Source: Octopus bimaculoides
Lineage: Eukaryota
Assembly: GCF_001194135.2 (NCBI RefSeq)
Contig: NC_068984.1
Span: 20,166,862 to 20,230,727, forward strand
Length of the DNA: 63,866 nt
Direction: 5' to 3'
The notes under the pieces are model-generated. The model had not been told where the DNA came from and searched no databases. It saw only the letters and a list, made by a program, of their open reading frames with translations. The position numbers were made by a program, and so were the translations under genes. Positions 38,292 to 51,283 of the stretch are shown here, one piece after another (within the stretch, counting starts at the first letter, position 1; each line of letters begins with the position of its first letter).

Positions 38292-39689
38292 CAGCGAATT
38301 AAATATGTTGCTTGTACTGTAATATATACTTTCTAAACCCTTTTAAATGGTGCTATGTGTGAGAATTTTCACTTAAGCATGTGGAAATTTTGTCAAGTGG
38401 CTTCATAATAAATGAGTGTTGATTTAACCATTTTCAGCAACTTTGAATAAGAATAACCTATGAATTGATAAGTATTACTGGTATTCATTTCTTTAAACAT
38501 CACAGCACATAAAAGAAATATTCATACGTGTTTTATTTTATAAAACCACAAATAAATCAAAGTAGTTCAAAGTATGGGGTAGGATCATAGATATGTTACT
38601 TTATAAAATGCAGTCATATTTAAATGAGGTTGGGAACATAACTCCACATGACAAACTCCCAACAGCAATACATACTTTTACACAAAAGATATTTTTTTAA
38701 AGAAAGCATACTGAAGTATTTTAGGAAAGTTACTAAGGAAAAAGAAATGGAATTTTGGAAGATTTTTCTTTTAAATTTGGATCCATTTCAATAAAAGTTG
38801 ATAGAAATTTCAATAGGCTTTTATTTTTCCTGAAAATCTATGAACCTAAATTACTTTCAATAAATTTAGTATATTAAAATTCTTTAAAATATTTTTCTTT
38901 TAAAGATAATTGTAATATTGTCATCAACCCTCATTAAAAACAAACTAATGTTGAAATGGATTGCCCCAAATTTATCTTGAAACATTTTCAGATTACCATT
39001 GTCACAGGTAAAAATAAATTTGCACCACGTGAAATTTTTGAATAAATTTACTACTACACATTAATGGAAACATTGCATTTATCCATCCTAAAAGGTGAAG
39101 GTGTATGGCCAAGTGGTTAGGGTGTTGCACTCACAGTTGCAAGATCATGCTTTTAATGCCAGACCAGGTGATGCATTGTGTTCTTGAGTAAAAATTTCAT
39201 TTTGCTTGGTTCCACTCCACTCAGCTGAGTGTGAGTGACCCTGTGACGAACCGAAATCCTATTCAAGGGGAATACTCTGTCACTTACATGTCATGGAAAG
39301 CAGATAACTGCCCCCTATAAGCCCTAGCACTCAAGATAGTCATGTCCAGGATTTGAAAATATAGCGGTGTATCGAATCAAATAGGATAATCAGTACTCTA
39401 CAGTTTTTGCTACCCTACGGCCTTTTTCTAAAATTTGACTAGCTATAAAAGACTGAAAACTACCCACGATGTAATTTGATAGAAACATGACATACAAGTA
39501 TTATTGTCAATATTACAAACGTGGATGAAAGTATAACTTGCGAGTATATCTTTTATGTTTGTTTTAAAAGCTTACATTTACATTGTTCTTTGGTAACAAA
39601 CGAAAAAAAAGAAAAAAACTTCAACGTTATGGGAGATAACTCAATCTTACTTTTTGTTTTTAAAATACTTTGTATCTCATCCGAACTAT

Positions 39690-39910
39690 CATTATCGGTC
39701 TCAAATTTTTGCACAAGGCCAGCAATTTCAGGGGAGGGGGTAAGTCGATCATATTGATCCCAGTACTCAATTGGTACTTATTTTATCGACCTCCAAAAGG
39801 ATTAAAGACAACGTCGACCTTAGCAGACTTTGAACTCAGAACGTCAAGACAGACGAAACGACTCTGCATTTTGCCCAGCGTACTAACGATTCAGCCAGCT
39901 TACTACCTCA
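39690..39910 (-). mobile_element. SINE, same family as 27353-27590, CpG-retaining
   Basis: Shares GTCGACCT...TTTGAACTCAGAACGT...CTAACGATTC with related copies. Confidence 0.75.
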
Positions 39911-40253
39911 TCCAAACTATCACTATTAATATCACAAAGTAAAAAGATTAAATACGCAACGTTCGAACTATCCCCAAAATATGAAAATACTTCATTATAT
40001 ATTGTATAAACGTAGGCATTAACACTTGCTAAAACAAAATTATATTGAAGTTATAACAGAATGGTTTGAAGTCCAGCATGACCAGAGCCATGTGGCTAAA
40101 ACTAGCAAGAGGGCAGAAAAGACTCACACACATACATGTTAGGGGACTATTAAATATTCCATAATTATACATGTAGACTTTTTTTTTTTTTGTAAAGTTT
40201 CTTCACACCATTAAAGCAAAGGGAGAAAGAAGAAAGGAAAATGTTATTCTTAC

Positions 40254-40321
40254 ATCAGTCATAGGCGGTCCACATATCATAGAAATTATGAATAAACGGA
40301 TTTTGTCCTCGGGATTACCAG
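40254..40321 (-). CDS. SCFD1: SCFD1 exon: (A)GNPEDKIRLFIISMICGPPMTD; last exon found
   Basis: AG/GT boundaries, 68 nt, phase 1 to 0; matches Sly1 AGTPEDKMRLFLI. Confidence 0.9.
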
Positions 40322-41597
40322 CTTGAAATAGAAAAAAAATGGATATGTGTAAGTGATGTTTTTAAAGTTACAAAATACACAAACACATGTTAAGGCTGTA
40401 AAACCAAAAAGAAAAAAAATTGCAATGTAGTTATGAATGATAAGCAATAGTAATTTTAAGATCACAACAGTGTTTATAAAATGCAATTTCTAATCATAAG
40501 ATGGGCCATTTTTAATCTTATAAAGTCCAGATTTAGTGAACTAACAAGAAACTCTATTCATAAAACTAGTTCTTGTTTGAGAAGCTTTGTCTATTTTTCC
40601 ATTGCAGCATAAATCATAGTTCTTGTTAAAGAGTAATGAATAACTCATTAAAATGGATTTAACAATGGTGTCCATTGTGTTACTTCCATTCTATTGAAAT
40701 CATTCAGCTATGGGAAATGAAAAAAAGAGAGAGAGAAAAACATTGGAATAATTTGTAATAGTCAAAAGACTACAATTAAAATATAAGACATTCATTGGTA
40801 CATATTGAGATTTTTTATTAGAAATCAGGAAATCAATAATAGGTTCCCTCCACTCCTCTCTTGTTCCATACACACACACACACACACAGACAAGCACACA
40901 CATATATTTTTATTCGGTAGGATAGTTGGTATTAACAAGTATGACTTAACAGTACATACTATCAACTCATTGTTTTAGGTACCTATGTACTTGCAAGCAG
41001 TTGAAATTTGCTTCCCAACCATGTGATCCCAGGTTCAGTCCCACTATGCAGCACCTTGGGCAAGTCAAAGCCTTGTGAATGGATTTGGTAAAAAGAAACT
41101 GAAAGAAGCATGTTTTGCGAGGTGTGTGCACGCATGCATGGACACATGCACCTTTGTCTCAACATCACATGATGATTCTAAATGAGCATCAATACCATAC
41201 AGCAGTGTGGTTCATTTCCAGTATGGCCATGGGAAATTATTCTTAAAAACTGGTATAAGCTGGCAACAGGAAGGGCTTCCAGGCACAGAAAATCTGCCTT
41301 GACCAATTCTGTCTGACCCATACAAGCATGGAAAAGGGAACATTAAAGCAATGACGATTATGATGAGTGTACTCCCCATGACATCATCTTTCTTTCTCCT
41401 TTGTTTCTAACTTAGGTAGCCAAGTATCTCCTCTACTGCAAGACCCTTTCTGTCCCTATATTCATACCCTAACCACAAGGTTGGGAAGTAAACTTAACCA
41501 CACAGCCATGCCAGCACCTATTATATACAATGTCTCCCACAAATATATCATACATATGTATGAAATCATTGCAAGTGAAATGACAATTTAAACTCAC

Positions 41598-41634
41598 CTT
41601 CTGGATCTGAAATGATGTCCATTAAAGATTTGTC
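41598..41634 (-). CDS. SCFD1: SCFD1 exon: DKSLMDIISDPE
   Basis: ttttag/gtgagt, 37 nt; matches DKSLLDIISDPD. Confidence 0.92.
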
Positions 41635-41789
41635 CTAAAAGAAAAAAGAAAATAAAGAAAGAACATAAGGAAATGATACTGGAAAATGTTTTATACTTCA
41701 TTATATTCAAGTGGCCACAATAGGGTTCCTCCAAAGGGTTTCTTGAGTAACATTACTCAACAGGGTGCCTCTCCAAATCAAGCCACTAC

Positions 41790-42070
41790 TTTCACACATT
41801 AAGCGGTCATAACTCCAGTACTACAGACATGCAGTTAGAATGCTGCTGGTAAGGGTCACAAGACAGATTCTCCCAGCTGAGCCAACTAGTAGGAAACCTT
41901 GGGGTAGACCAAAAGGGAGATGGTTAGATAATATCCAAAGTTTCAGTTTGGGCACATTTGGGAATCCAGCAGAAAAGAGTAACGATGTTTGCTTCTGATA
42001 AGACCCTATTGAGGAAGTGCCTGAGGAGTATCCCCATGACCCTCCCAGGAATAGTGAGAGCAGGGAGCAA
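41790..42070 (+). mobile_element. Degenerate RTE LINE C-terminal fragment
   Basis: Reads RKPWGRPKGRWLDNI, resembling the RTE GRP..RW.D motif. Confidence 0.55.
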
Positions 42071-42707
42071 AAATGGATGGAAGATAGTTAAATTTGCAAT
42101 GCTTTAATTAAACATTATTAAATTGATTTAACTTCATCACATTGGTTGACCTAAATTTACATGTGCTGTGTACTTGCTTTGAATCAGATGACAAAAATAT
42201 ACACAGCCCTATTTGCTGCAGTTTTGTACTTGTTTGTGTACCAGTTGATATAAATATCTGCTATCACTCACGGAATCGATAATAGAGGCCACTGTGCAAA
42301 TTCCAAGGAATCTGATAGGTTTGTTAGACTCTTCGTGTAAACATTTCCAACTAAGTTCCAGACCTCATCACCATAATAGTATAAAAGCAGCAGCTTTGGC
42401 GGTTACACCACCATTTCCACTATGACTTCTTAACAAATTCACACACATTCAGCAAATTCTTCTGGTCCTTCACGGAATTTACAGTTGAATCCAGCCATGC
42501 CAGTTTCGTTGAATTTCCAGTCCTCATAGTGATGACAGTTTACATAAATAAACAGTGCATCCTTTAAAGCGGTTGACGTAAATATACACCGAACCGTTGT
42601 CATGCACTAATTGGCTGAGGTGATTACTGTCAATACAACCTAGTTGCCTGATAAAAAAACCATTGTCATGGGGTTAAAATGAATTCCTCAACAAGACTAA
42701 AACTTAC

Positions 42708-42767
42708 CAGAACAGATTTGCTCATCATTTTTTCTTCTGTTTCAAAATAAACATCAAGTTTTCTAGC
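42708..42767 (-). CDS. SCFD1: SCFD1 exon: ARKLDVYFETEEKMMSKSVL
   Basis: tctag/gtaagt, 60 nt, phase 0-0. Confidence 0.95.
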
Positions 42768-44152
42768 CTAGAAATGTTAGGAAAAGAAAATCAAATGAAC
42801 GTTATTCAAAATTACATTTTCATTAAGTTGAAATGTAACAACTTTTCAGAGTCATATTTCATTAGAAGCAACAAGAAAATTATATTGATTGCTCACATTA
42901 TCACAACTTCAGTACATTCCTAGCACTTATTTCATCAAACTTATTGCATAAGAGTCACAACTAAATACTGTAAGAGATTTACTCCACCCTTTTCAGATTT
43001 ATACAAATCCTAATAGCAAATTGTAAATCTAGTACTGAACTAAATTATTGTACTAGAATATATACATAACTTTTACAAGAAAAAGATTGACAGATGAAAA
43101 TTCTTAGTCAGACAGTCTGAAAAACTTCAAAGTTACTGTCAGTCTTTTTCTTGGAAAAGTAAATGAACATATACTCTATTAAAAAAGTATCGAGTAATCC
43201 TTCAGTTGAATGTTATATTGCTTTTATATATAACTTGAAATAAAAATTAACATTAATATACACATGTATGTGTGATAGTATTTCTGAACAAAATATCATA
43301 AGCTGGGAGTAATTCCTGGTACTTAAAGCCAGGACATGCAATTTTAAAAATCAAAGCCATGGTGTAAGGGACATATGGCATGTATGCACCCTCTTCCAGC
43401 TGTGTCTCTTAATTATGCAATAATTTATATTAAAATCTAACTTGTTATTTGCATTCATTTACATATCTTAGGCACACAAAATATTACATGTCCAAAAATA
43501 TAAAGGAATGCTACACTTATTGGTGTTGGTGTTAATACAGTTATTTTCTCCATATATCGATATGATACTTTGTACATTTTCCATGTTGACAAAAAATGAG
43601 AAAGATTTGCAAAACCGATATTCTTCATCTTCCCTTAACTTCAAATTTCTTCTGCTAAGCTGAACTCTTAAATCAGTTAAATAACTAATAGCTTATCACA
43701 GTCATACACCATTCATTTTCTTTATTATATGTTTACCATCTCAGTCTTTTCTTTTGCAAGGAAAAATAGAAGCCAAATTAACCAGTTGCCTGAAACTACC
43801 ATATGTAACATAATCTGAACTATCTTACTTTTTACATCAATACTAGCCAGTTTTAATTATCTACACTTTTACATGAATCATTACCAACTAATTGTCAAAA
43901 TAAACCATATCTAAATTATAACAAAACAAAAAAGATAAATCTTTGATATCTAAAAAGTTATAACTTCAATAAACACAAGTAATTTGACTGGATGTAGAGA
44001 AACTGAATAGAAATAAATATCTATTCTTAGAGTATATTCCACTAGCTGTATTCTAACTGCAGTCAATTGCTAATTAACTTTAATAAAAATGTTTATATGC
44101 CATAAGTTAAAGGGATGAAGATAACCATTAAAAGGTATAAATAAATAGCTAC

Positions 44153-44234
44153 CTTGATTTGTTCCAGAAGTGCAGTGGCGATATTGGTGTGCATGTCAAT
44201 GAGGCGTTTCTTCTCTAAAAGTTCTGGTAGAGAA
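44153..44234 (-). CDS. SCFD1: SCFD1 exon: (S)SLPELLEKKRLIDMHTNIATALLEQIK
   Basis: ttacag/gtagct, 82 nt; hallmark Sly1 motif LPELLEKKRLID.HTN.AT. Confidence 0.97.
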
Positions 44235-44568
44235 CTGTAAATAAGAAATAATATATTACAATTTATGCGCGCATTGTAAAATATAATAGCAATTATAAGC
44301 ACACAGTATATGGCATTTTATAAATTTTACTATGTATTTTTCCTATATAGACATTTAAATAAATTGAAAGAAAAAAAATTTTTAATCAACATCCTCAATG
44401 CACAATTGATTGTTTTTTGAAGTGAAAATGGAAAAATAATTAAGATAAATTAAGTATGGAACAAAGAATGATACTCTAAGAGTTGGTTGCATTACAGAAG
44501 GATATACATAAAGTATTCATGAGTAAATGGCGAGAGATATTACAAAGGATCGAATAAAAGTATTTCAC

Positions 44569-44642
44569 CTGACAGCAGAAGTCAGTTTTGCAGTGTTATC
44601 TGATAGCATACTAATGGCTGAATCATCTTCTCTCTCCAAACC
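44569..44642 (-). CDS. SCFD1: SCFD1 exon: GLEREDDSAISMLSDNTAKLTSAV(S)
   Basis: tttcag/gtgaaa, 74 nt. Confidence 0.95.
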
Positions 44643-44994
44643 CTGAAAAATATGAAAGTAAACAGAAAAAATGCCAATTTAAAATAGAGGAAAAAAAAAT
44701 TTGTTTCTTAACATCCGACATTCTTTCTCTGCAATAATACAAAGCGTCTATTGATGAGTTCAAAAAGGGTAACATCCAGAATCCGATGAGAGACTGTGTC
44801 AAGAACTATTTAGTTCATTAGAAGAGCAAGTCCTCATGGCAATTAAAATTACTAATCTCTATTGTGAACTCCTAACATCAGGTAGAAAAAGAAAATTAAC
44901 AGCCAAAATCTAAATACACTGTAACTAGCTTCACTTACTTTTCACATACGATTTTTTAAAAATGAAATGAAGATGAAAAAATTTAAACCTTTTA

Positions 44995-45320
44995 GCTGCA
45001 GGTATGGTAAGTTTGCTTCCTAAACACATGGTACTTTGGGTAAGTGCCTTCTATTATAGCCACAGACCAACCAAAGCCTTGCAAATGGATTTGGTACAGA
45101 AATTGAAAGAAGCCTGTCATATAGGTGTGTTCCCCACCACTGCTCAACAACCAATATTGGTGTGTTTACATCTCCATAACTTAGCAGTTTAATAAAAGGG
45201 ACTGATCGAATAAGTACCAAGTTTAAAAAAATAAGTACTGGGGTTGATTCATTCAACTAAAATTCTTCAAGGCACTGCCCCAACATGGCCACAGTCTAAT
45301 AACAAACAAGTAAAAGATAC
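44995..45320 (+). mobile_element. SINE family A, degenerate, intronic
   Basis: Head, body and tail similarity to 29701-30122. Confidence 0.75.
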
Positions 45321-45330
45321 AAGATGAGTA

Positions 45331-45538
45331 CAGTAATCCCTCGCCATATTGCGATTTATCATTTAAGCTTACATCAATTCCTCCGTGGTGTTGTTTTGCA
45401 TTTATAATAAAATAAACATATACAAATTATAAAAACAATAAAAAAAATATACAGTACAGTACTGTTTCTACTTTGCGGATTTTTACCTAACACGGGGTGT
45501 TTTGGAACATAACACCCACAATAGTCGAAGGATTGCTG
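45331..45538. mobile_element. Tc1/mariner (pogo/Tigger-like) MITE
   Basis: TIR CAGTAATCCCTCG / CGAAGGATTGCTG (2 mismatches), TA on both sides. Confidence 0.8.
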
Positions 45539-46393
45539 TATTTACAAAGGCTGTATCAATCCTTTTACAGAGTTTTCTCTTGATATTCCTCAAAAATGTA
45601 ATAAGAAATAAAATGGATCCATTCAACATTCATCATCATTTTAATATCCACTTCTCCATCTTTGCAAGGGTCAAACGGAATTTATTGAGGCAGATTTTCT
45701 ACAGCTGGATGTCTTCCCTGTTGCGGACATTCACCTGTTTTCAATCTAAGTAATATTTTTTCCTGTAACTGAACTTGATTTCACAGAAGATAGGAAACCA
45801 ATAGCAGTGATGCTCATTTACAACCATTGCACAATGTCATGACAAAAAGACACAAACACACACATACAGAGGTTTCTTTCAGTTTCTGTCAACCAAATCC
45901 ACTCACAAGGCTTTGATCAGCTCAGAGCTATAGTAGAAGATACCAAAAGGTGCCACACAGTGAGACTGAACCCAAAACCATGTGATTGAGAAACAAACTT
46001 CTTAACCACACGGCCACTACACATTGTAACAAAATACTGACTGGTGTTAGGAAGGGCATCCAGCCATAAAAACCGTCTAACCCATGCCAGCATGGAAAGC
46101 GAACGTTAGATGATGATGATGATAGAAGACAATTAGAGAACGTCTATGTGGTTATTTGACTTGCAAGAAATAGCAGCCAAATGTCTACCAGCTTAAAAAA
46201 AAGTAAGACACACTGAATGATATAAACCCAGGTACACTAGGCCTGAATAAAAAGATTAAATGCTCATTAGTAATGACTGGAATTTCTTGATCTGAGGTTT
46301 GTTCAATCCAGATTGATACGGGGGTTACACAAAACAGCACCAATACATTCCATGACACTATATTGCATATTTCAACAACAAAGAAATAATTAC

Positions 46394-46484
46394 CATAGCA
46401 GCTTTCAATTTTTTCACTTCATCTTCTTCTGCCCTATAAGAGTCTAATTCTTCCTGAATAGCTTCAGCAACTGTAGGAAATGGG
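46394..46484 (-). CDS. SCFD1: SCFD1 exon: (S)PFPTVAEAIQEELDSYRAEEDEVKKLKAAM
   Basis: poly-T-cag/gtaatt, 91 nt. Confidence 0.96.
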
Positions 46485-47872
46485 CTGAAAAAAAAAAAAA
46501 ATGATTCAAATTATGTAAAAAATAAACATATATTTTTAACTAAAAGCTGAAAAATCATTATCCTGGAGCCTGGTGCAGCCTCCTAGCTTGCCAACCCCCA
46601 GTCAAACTGTCCAACCCATGCTAGCATGGAAAATGGACATTAAATGATGATAATCATGATATTATGGCAATAAGCTAGCAGAATTGGTAAAACATTAGAC
46701 AAAATGCTTAGCAGCATTTCTCCCAGCTCTTTAGGTTCCAATTTAAAATCCTGTAGAGATACATTTTGCCTTTTACCCTTTTGGTTCAATAAAATAAAGT
46801 ACCAGTGAATTACTGGGGTCCTTGTAATCAACACCCTCTCCTAAAATTGCTGGCCTTGTGCCAACTTTAGAAAAAATCATTATCATTATTATTTAACTTA
46901 GCAAATTTGATGGAGAATATAACAAGGTGCCAGCTGCCTGCAACCTGTATACTAAGATAACACTTGCCCTCAATTTTGAGAACTCTGCAGAGGATTCGTG
47001 CAGTTCAGAGCAACACAGTTTTCTGTAGATGTTTTATCTTTACATCTGATCACCGAGGCGATGACTACGGACCGAGACCTTTGGAAATGGGCTGTGCGTG
47101 AGAANNNNNNNNNNCAGTCCTCAGTCAAATCGTCCAACCCATGCTAGCATGGAAAGCGGACGTTAAACGATGATGATGATGATGATGATCTGATCACAAG
47201 ATCATGGTTTCCATTCCCGGACCATGCTATACATTTTTTTTCTTTAAATAAAAAACGAACCTCATTTCATGATGCTCCAATCCACTCAGGTGTAAATGAG
47301 TGGCCCAGCAGTGGACTGGCATCCTGTTCGGAGGCAATGTTGTGATCTCGGTCACTTCTATGCCATGGAAACTGAGTAACCAATGCAACGAGTCGCAAAA
47401 CTTGAGACACTATTGTCCAGAGGTTGATGGTGATAATGAAGAATGTTGCAGTTGACCAATTTATGTCTTGCAAGTTTGAGATTGGTCCATGACAGATAAG
47501 GGAGAAGGTAAGATGGGTTATGGGAATGAGAGGTGGAGGATTTTGTAAGGGTTTGGTGTTAGTAGTAGTAACAATAGTGACTGTGATGTTGGTAGAGGAA
47601 CAGATACAGCTTTGAGTTGGTCGGCAGTTCAGTAAATTTGGGGTTGAAGCTAAAAAGTTCAGGTTCTGTGTAGGAGAGGAATCTGGTTTGATCTGTGACA
47701 AAAGGTTGAATGTTGGTGATGGGATATGTGCTGGTGTTGGTAGGCATAATAGTAATCTCAGTGGAAGCATTGTGCCAATTATCACAAACTTTAAAAAAAC
47801 TACAATAATTTAAAGTGACTTAAATACCATTTAAGCATTTAGAGAAGCTAATAATATCAAAAAGGTATTTAC

Positions 47873-48009
47873 CTTCCCTTATGTGTTTGCCAAAACTTAT
47901 CAGAAAAACTGAAGGCATAACTTTTCTTCTTTTTCTTTGGACGTGAAGTGCCACTTGGAGACATCACTTCTGTACATTCTTCAATTTCAACTTTGTTTAA
48001 CTTCAAATC
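47873..48009 (-). CDS. SCFD1: SCFD1 exon: DLKLNKVEIEECTEVMSPSGTSRPKKKKKSYAFSFSDKFWQTHKG(S)
   Basis: tggtag/gtaaat, 137 nt. Confidence 0.95.
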
Positions 48010-48267
48010 CTACCAAAACAAAGAAGAAGAATAATGTAGAAAGCAGAGTATTTATTTTTTATTTGTTTCAAAGTTATTTCATTCTGGATTTTTTTTCATA
48101 AATATTGCTAAACTTTATGTCTCATAAAAAAAAAAAAAAACTTTAGGACTATTCAGAAATTCAAACATAATTTTATTTCTGCCACAGGCTGGAACATTTT
48201 GCTTAAGTTCTTAAAATTCATTTCAACTCTCAATATCACCCCCAGCGAGACAGAAGACAAATCTTAC

Positions 48268-48367
48268 CAAAACATCATGTGAAAGAGCTTGGTAGGTCCA
48301 TGTGTGATGAAGTAAGGAAACTAAATCCAGGCTTCTATCAAGAATGACTAAAAGAGGTCTTTGGAAA
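48268..48367 (-). CDS. SCFD1: SCFD1 exon: (S)[33 protein letters not shown]
   Basis: poly-T-tag/gtaaga, 100 nt; Sec1-family RP.L..LDR and HTWTYQAL motifs. Confidence 0.97.
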
Positions 48368-49512
48368 CTAAAAAAAAAAAAAAATACAAATTAATGACAT
48401 GCAAAATGAATTAAACAAGAAATAATGTTATACAAAGGATTCGGAGATAGGCAAGAAAGAACTTACATTTTATATCCAATATTTCCATATTTACACAGGT
48501 AAGATGGGCTTTGTTTTGTTGAAGCAACTTTGTCTTTCACCCAACACATATTGTAAAGTGGCTGGCATTAAGAAGGGCATCCAGCTGTGGAAACCAAGCC
48601 AAATCAGACTGGAACCTGGCACAGCTCTTCAGCTTGCCACCTCTGACTAAACCAACCAACCCAGGCCAGCATGGAGAACAAACATTAAATGATGACTTTT
48701 GCTCTGGTTATACATTTTTAGATTGGATAAATAAAATTTACTTTTCATGTAAGTATGGGTTGAATGGGTCATCACAGTCCACATTTCTTGTTCTGCCCTG
48801 TTTGAAAAGTTAAAAGACCTCATCTCACTCATTTCATTTTTGGCATGAATTCTACAGCTGGATGCTCTTCCTAACACCTACAACACTGTGTACAGGGTAC
48901 ATTTAGCCAAGACCCCAACACCAGAGATGTCAAGTCCCCAAATAGATTGAATGATCCTCTCAACACTACAGTGTTTCCACTTAGTCACTAATCACTTTAT
49001 AGGGTGTGCTGGGTACATTTTATCATGTCACCAAGCAGCACAGAATTTCCTTATACCCTGCAAGACAAAAGAGTCCTCAGTACTCTATGGCATGTCCATT
49101 TATCCAAGGTAATTTGGCCAATAATGTGAATAGAAAGGAGAGCAACAACAACTGAAGCAAGGTAAAAGAGTGAAGATAAAGAGGGAGTATGATGGGAGAA
49201 AGGGAAATTACAGCAAAAGCGAGTAAGGGAGTAAATGGTGGAAAGGGCCACAAATTCAAACATGCTTCTGTGGCCTTAGTGCCTATCAATTTTTTTTAAA
49301 TTCATTTTATAACTATTTATTTCCAAATAGACACATATTTGTTGCATTCTATCTAAAAAACACAACACAATTTCATGACAAATAATGCTGGTGATGCGAT
49401 TTGAATTTTTTCCCTTAAAATTAATCAGCCAATAAATATCTAAGTTGCAAATAATTTTGGTAAGTTGAATATATTATCATATAGTTTTAACTGATGAAAG
49501 TTTCAAACTTAC

Positions 49513-49654
49513 CTGAACTGGCCAGTTTGTATATTGTCTGTGGTAAAAAGGCTATTTCGAGCATCCCTTATATTGTCACGTAGTTTCTTATCTAATTTCT
49601 CGGCAACCATTTCTGCAGCATTGCCTCGAGGGGATCGAATAATAGGAGCAACTC
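49513..49654 (-). CDS. SCFD1: SCFD1 exon: (G)VAPIIRSPRGNAAEMVAEKLDKKLRDNIRDARNSLFTTDNIQTGQF(S)
   Basis: ctccag/gtaagt, 142 nt. Confidence 0.97.
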
Positions 49655-49964
49655 CTGGAGAATCAAAAACCATTTTTAATGCCAGAGGAAAATATATTAA
49701 TGTACTACAAACAAATATTGTGAAATAATATGGGAAAGGTTGATGGGAAAATGAAAGATGAGAAAAGCCGAAAAGAGTTTAGATGGTATGAGATAATTTT
49801 GCAATCAAATTCAGAAAAAGAAAGACTTGTAATAACAGGACAAACATTAAGAAGACAGCTCAACAATGGGTCAATGTTTGTTGAGTATTGGCAATTGAAG
49901 GGTTGTCTGTCAAAGAGTATCCCACAACTCCTGCAACACTGCATTCATTGGCACTTTTTTTTTT

Positions 49965-51110
49965 TTAACAAACTTTTTTTATAGGTTAGTTAGAAGTGGA
50001 GGAGTGGTGCCTCTTTTCTAGTTTTACTAAGCATAAGATGTTAATGTAGTTTGGAAGAAGTGTTTAATGTTTGGCAAGTGAGACACATAAGAAGTGGCTG
50101 GAAGAGGGAAGATGAACAAGTTAGGTAGATTTAGAGGGAGGAATTTTGAAACTAGTTTGTTCAGATGGAACGAGAGAAAGAAACAGCACTATAGGATATT
50201 GGGGTGTGAACCTTTGCTAGTTTAACAGAAGGCTTTCTTTCGGATGTGGTCAAGGATGTTAGTGTGACAAATAGTTGTGTTCCATATATGTGAACAGTAT
50301 GACAATGTGGGTCTTACTGAGCTTTGTAGAGAGTCAACAACTAATCAGAGCTAGCCCAGAAGAAAGCCTAGTTTTTGTGATGCCGTTTTGGTGATGATAT
50401 GAAGTATCCAAGTTGGGTATGGAAAAAAACCAGTGTCTTGAAGGGGTGAACAGTGGTTTCATCCTCATAGGAATCTGTGCTGTAAGAAATGACTGGAAGT
50501 AGATTGTAAATATAGAAAAGTAAGGAGACATAACTAAATGTTTCACACTAGATTTGATAGTCATTAAATCTAGTGTATCAGCACATGGTGAAGCCTGTCA
50601 GGAAGTTTCCAATCAATGGGATGAGATATGGTTGAAACTCTAAAGCAGAGCTTACTTAGTAAGGTCTCATGCAGTGAAATGCAATGATATGGATATCACT
50701 GATGTGAAATTTGTAGATAATGCTTTTGTTGAGATTCTCAAAGGTAGAAAACCACAGGAGAGTAACATAGGAACATAGGACAGAATGTTTCAATATATCT
50801 GGCTCTATAGCAGCTATACTGATAGTCAGTGAGGAGGGGTGAAAAATTAAAGTATTGGAGAAGGTTATTGTTAAAAACAGTTTCCATCACTATTGAGATG
50901 TTGAAAAGGAAAGAGGGAGTTCAATAATTGGCAGTCATAAAAGTTTCCTTTGTGGGGATAAAACACGGGGCATAATACACAGTAGTGTATTTGCAAAAAA
51001 TGGTTTAGATTCTTGTAGATGGATAAAGATTGAAGAGCTTGGTAAAGAAAGGAGCCGGTAAAATTTATGTGGACGGCTTCCAGTCTGAACAAATGCAATC
51101 AATATCTACA
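49965..51110 (-). mobile_element. Degenerate CR1-like LINE 3' part
   Basis: Minus strand near 50290-50345 reads LYKAQ-frameshift-RPTLSYCSHIW, resembling the CR1 LYKAQ.RP.LEYCSHIW motif; many stops. Ends are approximate. Confidence 0.6.
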
Positions 51111-51193
51111 GAAAGAGTCTCATCTGAATGATTCCAATAGAGTGGTCTCTAATAAATGACTAAGAAGTTGCCAACATAGTGATTAGGACTTAC

Positions 51194-51283
51194 CTAAAGT
51201 AACAAAGACTGAAAATAAACTATCTGTAATGGTATCCATTATTGCATTCATTTCTGTATCCTTGACATCACCACGATTAATAG
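51194..51283 (-). CDS. SCFD1: SCFD1 exon: (A)INRGDVKDTEMNAIMDTITDSLFSVFVTL(G)
   Basis: aaacag/gtaagt, 90 nt. Confidence 0.95.

Noticed and set aside
39647-39720. Protein-like minus-strand frame (ETDNDSSDEIQSILKTK) ending at a gtaaga donor
   Set aside because: It begins in the tail of a SINE, has no acceptor, and shows no similarity to the expected SCFD1 continuation.
42240-42640. CpG-containing intronic segment with faint mariner-like words (KFREG, YGDE)
   Set aside because: The motifs are short, out of expected order and broken by stops; it may be a DNA transposon relic but I cannot support a call.
47267-47785. 172-aa minus-strand ORF
   Set aside because: Low-complexity Thr/Pro/Leu-rich composition, inside an SCFD1 intron; probably an old LINE remnant, with no diagnostic motif.
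48290-48335. [15 protein letters not shown] where vertebrates have [15 protein letters not shown]
   Set aside because: As I recall, the proline is not invariant across Sly1 orthologues (yeast lacks it), so it is not evidence of pseudogenisation.
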